64,000 bases of DNA from Hyaloraphidium curvatum SAG 235-1. Lineage: Eukaryota > Fungi > Monoblepharomycota. The position numbers and the translations under genes were made by a program. Within the stretch, counting starts at the first letter, position 1; the number at the start of each line of letters is the position of its first letter. Location: assembly GCA_025558095.1 (NCBI GenBank), contig JAIVFI010000018.1, forward strand, positions 496,001 through 560,000, written 5' to 3'. This document shows positions 57,305 through 64,000 of the stretch, one piece after another. Below the pieces are notes generated by a model. It searched no databases and was not told the DNA's origin. It saw only the letters and a list, made by a program, of their open reading frames with translations.

Positions 57305-58915
57305 TCAAGAGACCGGGCAGAAGCTCTCGACTGTGAGAAACACGCCCAGCCCCCTCAACACGCTCCACATGGCCACCCCCAGCGTCACCAGCGTCGCCAG
57401 CACCGTCCTCACGCCGCCGTAGGTGACCGGAAACCCCAGCATCCTCGCCCTGTACCCGTCCAGGTCGCGGAACGACGCGATCACGCGGTCGTGCCGCTCC
57501 AGCTCCGCGGGGAGAGGGGCACCAGGGGGAAGGCCGAGGCTCGCGGTGCGGAGGGCGCGCTGGGCGTCGGTGTAGACCAGGGAGACGGTGGAGATGAGGT
57601 CGTTGCGGGAGGCGAGGTTGACGGCGCCGAGAACGACAATCAGCAGGTAGAGCAAGAGCCAGAGGAGCAGCCAGAGAGGTATGCAGGATCCGGCGACCTA
57701 AAGGCGCGATCGGTTGGACCTCGGGAGTAGGACGCGCAAAACATGAGCCACGCACCACGTTGGCGATGATGGCGACGATCGTGGCCGGCAACTGGATGAG
57801 CAAGATGCTGGCATTGAAAATTGAATTGTCCTGGATCGACTGGCCCCGGCAAAAGTCGGCGAACCGGCGGTGCAGGTGCACATACAGCCACTGCGCGCCC
57901 TTCCTCGACAAAGCGTCAGCGTTCGCGTGCCCATCGGGGTCGCTCCTGGTCTCCCCATTGGTCGTCCCCAGCAGAGAATCCAGCAGTGATCGCATCGCCA
58001 GGGTCGTAGCACGGTGATGCAGCCTCGTTGCCAGCTTGTCGTACGCGACGTTGCGGTGAAACAGAAAGCGGGAAAACGTGCCAGGAACAACAGTAAGAAC
58101 GAAAGTAATCAGGGCTAAATGCAGAAGCAGTCAGAATTGGTCATCTGCCAACCGGGGAGCTACCCACCCCAAACAGCAGCAAGCAAGCAGCACCACCACG
58201 TGGACCAGAAGGCCTCGCGGAAGGTGACGATCGCGGTCCAAACGAGGCAAACACTCGAGGAGGCGAGAATCAACGAGTAGTGGCTTATGTCCAGAGCCAC
58301 CAAAAAGGCCGCGAGTGACTGCACGTTCCGCTGGCAGTCGCGGCATGGGCAGAGATGGTCCCCGGGGCCGTGCTCGACGAGGCGCGACCCCTTGGCACCG
58401 ATTTCCCGCGCCCCTTCTGACGCCGTCAGCTGCAACCAGCGGCAGAGTCCGGCAGGGGCAGCGAAATCCAGGGCGCGTGGGAGCGTTGGGTGCGCCATGG
58501 CTGCCATGCCGACCACCAGGTTCCCGCATGCGGCGAGCAGGCCCAGCGACGCCATGGCGACTCCGATCTGCCTGGCGCCGAAGCTCCCTTCGCTTAGCGC
58601 GGCGGACGCGCCCTGGATCGCCAGCGCGCTCGCGACCCAAAGCACCGACCGGGCAACGGTCCGCCACCCCGTCGTCGCCCACGCCCACGGCTCGCCGGCG
58701 GCGAGGGACGCGGCCAGGAGCAGCGCGGGATTCGTGAACGCGGCGAGCATGGCGGCCAGCGTGACCGGGTTCGCGTTCCGGAACTCGGCGCCGCGGTCGC
58801 TCGCCGCCTCGCCTTCCTCCCGGCCGAGAGCGAGGAAAGGCTGCCCGGCCGCCGGAAACAGAGCAACCCATTCCTCGGGTGTGAAATCGGCGTCGCACGG
58901 GGGCTCGCTTGCCAT
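57305..58915 (-). CDS. Multi-pass membrane protein, 499 aa; candidate 7TM ion-channel (OR/GR-like) fold
   Basis: Exons 58915-58168, 58114-57756 and 57697-57305 total 1500 nt in frame; 7-8 hydrophobic segments; CPCxxC loop. Confidence 0.75.
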
Positions 58916-59033
58916 CTGTAGAAGATGTGGAGTGTTTCTCGGGCGGCGGAGCTGACTCGGGAATGCGTACCCCGGCGGGCAGCCCTGCTCCCCCGCATCT
59001 GCTTCTGCTTCCCCCGATCACCATGCCACGGAG

Positions 59034-59440
59034 GTGGCACTCGAGCATCCCGATCGCGGGACCATCAACACGGACCATCGCTGCGACGCCTACGTGTGGC
59101 TCCTCAACTCGTCCTCTTCGGTGGTTCATCGACATCTCGGTCACGTAGCTTGCGGCCGCAGAGGCGCGCTATCTTGCGAAGAACCGGCACTACCAGCGCT
59201 ACTACCTGATCGGGACCAACACTCCGACCTCTCTCGTTCCCACAGTGATGGAATCTCCAGGGACCTTCCATCCCGAGTTCGAGCGGCTTCTTCAACAGCT
59301 CTCTCTCCTCGCCTTCCCCCGCGGCTCTGACCCTGACGGCCCCGGGGATGACATCGATGGGCTAAGGGCCCTCTTCATGACTTCGGCACGCCAGCGGCTT
59401 ACGGCGGCCCTGGTGCGCGGCACAGAACCCGTATTCCGAC
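59034..59440 (+). mobile_element. Decayed restriction-like endonuclease domain of a non-LTR retrotransposon
   Basis: ALE..HRCD, frameshift, WFIDISVT, stop, KNRHY..LVPTVMESPGTFHP..RQRLTAALVRG: the RLE motif order, with a stop and a frameshift. Confidence 0.65.
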
Positions 59441-59920
59441 GCTGGGTCAATCTTTGCGTTCGCGGCAACGGCGGCGGCTCTGCGTGGAGGTTCTTCGAAC
59501 GGCCAGGACTCAGGATCGGGGTCGCTGCAGGGGGCGTCCACGGCGGCTGGAAGGGCGGCCGGTGAGGTAAGTAGTCGGGTGGAGGGCACGGCTCAGTGGC
59601 TCTACGAGATGGAAGGGTAGATTTCCGGGGGCAGGGCTCCGCTTTTCGTGTATGTTGTCTTTGGAATGAGACGGGTGCCGATGGCCAGCCACGCTCGGCA
59701 TCCGACAGACGTAGGCGGCGCTGGTGACACCAGTGCCCTGAACCGGCGGTCCATCGCGGGTGTGGCAACGTAGAAGGCGCATCTTAGTTTACATAGTTTG
59801 GATCTGGTGATACATGAACCCCAGTGACAGGGAACCCCACTAGGAGATGAAAAGGTCGACGAGGCAAGCCCCGGGGCCCCGCGGTGCGCCCGAAACAGAA
59901 GTCGCTCCCGCGCCGTACAG

Positions 59921-60568
59921 TTAACTTTCCCCGCCAGTGCTGGGGCACCTCCCTGCGGTGCAGGTGCCGCCGTTGTCGCAACTGTTGAGGCAGGCGCCGC
60001 AGTGGACGCTGGAGGTCTGAAAGTCGACACAGGTGCCGTCGCACGGGGACAGACCCCCCGAGCACGTGAACGTGGCCTGCCTGCACGCGCCACTGAAGCA
60101 TTCTTCTGCGGGCTCGCACTTGAAGGCGTTGCACTTGCCGCCTACGGTGCCGGTCATCGTCAGTAAATCAGATCGGGAGGTGCGACAGCGGCGGACCCAC
60201 AGTGGCGCCACGAGGTCTGCAGGTCTGCACATTCGGCCGGCGTGCCGCGGTCCGAGTCGGCGGGGCACAAGTCTTGGCCGGTCGGGCAGGGGGCGTAGCG
60301 GCGGTACAGGCTGCCGCGGGGCCCCGCGGCCATGCGGACACACGCGACGTGGCCCTCGGGCGTGCCGGGGTAGGCGAACTCGCAAAAGGCGTCGGCGTCG
60401 CACTCGCCGCAGCTGCGGCGGTGGAGCACGACGGGCGCCGTGGTCGGACTGCGGGGGACGGCGGGCGGATCAGACGGCGCGCGGCCGGGGCAGCGGCGGG
60501 CGGACCCACGAGGCGGCAGCGCCAGCGACAAAGGCCGCGATCGCGGCGGTGAGGAGCAGGAGGCGCAT
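59921..60568 (-). CDS. Secreted Cys-rich protein with Stig1-like repeats; 3' end uncertain
   Basis: Signal peptide MRLLLLTAAIAAFVAG; CADLQTSWRHCGKC and CVDFQTSSVHCGAC repeats; at least 2 introns. Confidence 0.75.
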
Positions 60569-61133
60569 CGTTCTGTTTATGGCGGTGCCTGTCCTCGAGG
60601 CGGTGTCCTCGATGGTGTTGCGCGGTTCCCGGGCGGCTGGATTCGTGCCGGATTCGTGTCCCCATCCCTGTCTCGAAACATTCCCCTGGGCGGCGAGATC
60701 GCGCGCCACGGCGTTCTTCGTGCGCCCGCGCAATCAAGGCGATGTCACAACCTTAACGCGCAGCGTTGACACGCATACGTGCACGATCGGCTGCTCGACG
60801 ACCCTCCATTTCCTGCCTATTGGAGGCTGGGTGGAAGAGGTGCCCACCACCCCTCTTTCGGACGCCCGTCCGCCCCGACGGCGCGCGTTAAGCTGCTTGG
60901 CACTTTTGGAGGGGGCAGAGCCGCTCTCAGCGGCGGAGGGAGGCCCGTGACGCGGCTGTTGTTGAGGGCGAAATCCCAGGATCGCGGCTAGTCCCTCGGG
61001 AGGGCTCCCGACTGACGTCACCAGGACACATCCGGCCGTGCGCCCACAGGGAGAAGGACGATCTGAGGTTTGGCATCGGAATGGACTTGCCGCGGTGAGC
61101 GCTTGCCTTTCCGCTCCGAGGTCGGGCGCAGGG

Positions 61134-61667
61134 ATGCGTCCCAAACCCATCGACCTCACTGCCAGCGCCCGCGCATCCTCCGCCACCCTCTCGGACGAGG
61201 CCGCGGGCACCACGGCCCTTCCCCCCATGCCCGCCACCCCGGACCGCAACTTTTTCCCCCGTGCCTTCTCCTCCGGACGCATCCGCCCAATGAGCGTCGA
61301 CAACCCGTGGAAATCCCCCTCGGCGGAAGAGCTCGAATCCATGATCGGCCTCTAGCGGCTCAAGCACCAGCCCTCCTTCGACGATGCGCACCCGGGCTCC
61401 CGCTCCGCCGCCTCCCCCACCCTGCGGCGATCGGCCGACCCGGCCCCCAAGTTCCCGCAGCGCGCGCGCACCCTCTCCGAGATCCCCGGGCGCGGCTCGT
61501 CCGGTGCGGTTTCGGCGTTCACGGCCGGCCTGACAAGCCCGGTGCACTCGGCGACGGGGGGGTTCGTGCGGATGACGCCGAGCCCGCTGAGGTCGTCGCC
61601 GCTGGCGGCGCTGGCGAGGGAGTGGAGAGAGAGGGCGGCGGGCAGGAACGGGTCGCCGACACACTGA
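61134..61667 (+). pseudogene. Coding-like Ser/Pro-rich frame interrupted by one TAG
   Basis: High-GC3 frame continues about 100 codons past the TAG at 61353-61355. Confidence 0.35.
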
Positions 61668-61959
61668 TGGCTGGGATGGTTTTGGCTTCGAGGGAGGTGT
61701 GCATGGAGATTGTGGGTCTTGGGCTTTTGCGAGGACGTGTAGAGTAAATACCCCGTGCGGCGCGCTGATAGTGCGGCATCTGTACATCTGTATATGTTGA
61801 TTGACTTGATTCAACGAGCATGTATCGAGAGTGAGGACGAGATCATTCCGCCGTCACCTCGATGCGGGCTCGCAGAACCGCCGGTCGCGTGGCGCAATGC
61901 AGCACCTTTGTGCATCCCGAATGATCTTTCTCGACGGAGTCGAATAGTGGCAGTCGCCG

Positions 61960-62360
61960 CTCGTCCGAATAGACACTGATCGAGGCCGCCGAGTAGTGGG
62001 AGGCAAGCACCGCCTTCCGGCACGCACGTGGACTCGAACGTCGCCAAGACTAACAGCCAACATCAACCCGGCGGTGTCACGGAAACGCATGCATGCGGCC
62101 CATTGGGCTCGTGCGGCGAAGCTGGCCCGGTATCGCGCTCGCTGGGAGTTCTCGGAGACGGGCGGCAACCCGCTGTGGATCTTTGCGGCGGAGTCCTACG
62201 GCGCTCTGCATGAGTCCTCCGAGGCGCTCATCAAGTGGGCCGGGGTGACGGCCTACCTCCCCTTCACGGAGGCGGACGACATCGATGGCCTCCGCTCCCA
62301 GCTCGTGTGCCGGATTAGCCAGCGGGTGGCGGTTCTATTCAACGGGGCAACTTTCTCATC
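61960..62360 (+). mobile_element. Second decayed RLE non-LTR retrotransposon fragment
   Basis: AAKLARY..IFAAESYGALH..DDIDGLR..RISQRVAV; shares DDIDGLR with the fragment at 59034-59440. Confidence 0.65.
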
Positions 62361-62594
62361 TTCAGCCGTTGGGCTGACCGATGCCTTCCGCGTCGGTCTG
62401 ATTAGGTTGTTGTTGTAGGGCGAGTAGATCAGTCTGCCTCTGGGAAACACCTGGGCGGCAGATGCTGACGGCTGCGTTGCTGTAGGACTCGACTGTCGTA
62501 ACTTGTCCGGAGCAGATTGCTTTCTTCACAAACTTCGTTTCAAGCAGAGTGGCGACGAATCCGCATCGCCGACCGTTCACGGTCAAGCCGGCCG

Positions 62595-63701
62595 ACTACC
62601 CGCGCCCGAAGATCCCCTCCCTGGCCTCCCCGACCATCTTCGCCATCGGCTTGGCCTCCTTGCTGGCCGTCGAGAACAAGCCCGTGTTGCGCCTGGCCTT
62701 GAGCATGGCGTTGCGGTCGGCCTCGATGCGGTAAAAGAGCGTTCCTGGCGCCTGATGCATCAGCCCCAGTGCTGTCGATGTTGCGGATCCGGGTAGTTCC
62801 TCACCGTCGTACTGCGCCCCGACGTCCTCCTTCGTGAGCCTGCCCTGCGGATCGGCGCACAGGAACCAGAGCGTGCCCCACTCGAAAAAGAACGCGAACC
62901 TGGCGGAGGCTTCTTTCAGCTAGTCCAACCTCGCGCACACACCGCGCAGAACGCACCATCCAAACGGATCCATCACGTTCCTCGAGCCCTTGAACATCTC
63001 CCACAGGTCCGAGGGCCCCAGGACGCCGGTGCCGCTGCGGTCGTACTTGCTCCAGATCTCCTCGAACTTCTCGGGAACTGCGGTGCGGGAAGACAGTTAA
63101 GACGACGAAAAGGTAAGGCAAGCAGAGTAATACCGAAACGCCCTTCGGTGTCGTAGACCTCGGTGTCGCTCCCGTGCTTGGTCCTGTGGATGTCGCGGAT
63201 GTAGATCCTGAACCTCGGGTCCGGAATCCAGCTCGTCTGCCGCCAACAACGCCAAATCAGATCGTCATGAGCCGACGGATCGTGGCGCCGCCGGCGGCAC
63301 CTGCGTCCAGTACGAGAAGGCCCCGTTGATCACGAGCACCGCGAGCGCCGAGAACCAGATCGGGAAGCCGAGGCCGCGGAAGCCGCCGTACGTATCCCAG
63401 GGCGAGATCACGCCGTTCTTGTCCCTGCCAGCCCGACTCCATAAGCCGAAGCGACTTCGGATCGCCGGGCAAGCCACCACCTGTCGAAGTACTCCACATG
63501 CTTCTGGAGCACGCTCATGCCCTCCCTCCCCGCTTCCCAGCCCTCGGAGCCTCGGGGGTGCTGGGCGTCGGCTGCGTCGCTGGCGCGGGGCAGGCCGGGG
63601 TTGGAGAGACGGTGGTGGAGGTCCGCGGGGACGGGGTGCTGCATGGTCGCGGGGGCGCGGGGCGCGGTGGTCTCGACGTAAGCGAGGTTGTCGGCGGACA
63701 T
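62595..63701 (-). CDS. Caleosin/peroxygenase
   Basis: [11 protein letters not shown]-hand [12 protein letters not shown], proline knot WIPDP, KHGSD..YDTEGRF, DPFGW..EW and YDGTLFY motifs; 5 introns. Confidence 0.93.
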
Positions 63702-64000
63702 TGCGAAGGTGGGAGTGGTTGTTCGAGCGGGCGATGGGGACGAGGTGAGGGGGTGCGCAGGTGAATCGCGAATCGACGTGCTGACGTGTCGGGCTGGTGG
63801 CCGAATCCACCCGCGCACACGTGAACATGGGCGTCCTCCAAAGGCTGCGAATAGAGAAGCCGAGGTCGTGCTATCAAGGTCCTATCTGAACCCGGCTTCG
63901 ACGTGGTGTACAGTAGATGGATCGCTCGGTCGAGAGATCACCCCGACTCGTCGCTCTCCTCCGACTCCTCCTCCGCCTCCATCAACCACCTCACCAGCGG

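Noticed and set aside
58970-59144. Possible extra upstream exon of the 7TM gene
   Set aside because: Overlaps the opposite-strand retroelement relic; cannot be supported without transcripts
62549-62734. Plus-strand ORF with a tyrosine-recombinase-like ALRxxS motif
   Set aside because: It is the antisense of the caleosin last exon
1-64000. Bacterial origin or contamination, suggested by high GC and bacterial-like enzymes
   Set aside because: Spliceosomal introns throughout, eukaryote-specific genes (MSH3, BST1, caleosin) and a Pol III-type 5S gene

Overview
Gene-dense, very GC-rich eukaryotic DNA with many short (about 45-100 nt) GT-AG introns carrying CTRAY branch points. It is fungal-like; an early-diverging lineage such as Monoblepharidomycetes is my inference, not established from the sequence. 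Most ORF-track entries are antisense or GC artefacts, so I rebuilt about 35 spliced genes by hand. Housekeeping or recognisable genes: AlkB-like dioxygenase, PQ-loop protein, aquaporin, BST1/PGAP1, M20 amidohydrolase, ankyrin-MYND protein, PlsC acyltransferase, PHO13-like HAD phosphatase, two C2H2 transcription factors, F-box protein, HSL-family esterase, MSH3, hotdog thioesterase, DUF1772 protein, crotonase, VOC protein, SDR and caleosin. There is one dispersed 5S rRNA gene. Best candidates for new biology: (1) a 499-aa multi-pass protein whose topology resembles the insect OR/GR-like 7TM ion-channel superfamily; (2) a divergent, intronless pair of type II membrane enzymes, a GT4 glycosyltransferase and a WSCD-like sulfotransferase, suggesting glycan sulfation; (3) two otherwise different secreted Cys-rich proteins sharing an RR-bounded 4-Cys N-terminal module. 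Also present: a 142-bp satellite with higher-order structure, two decayed RLE non-LTR retrotransposon fragments, several duplicated gene relics, and bacterial-type genes that contain introns. Exon boundaries were inferred by eye and need RNA-seq confirmation.
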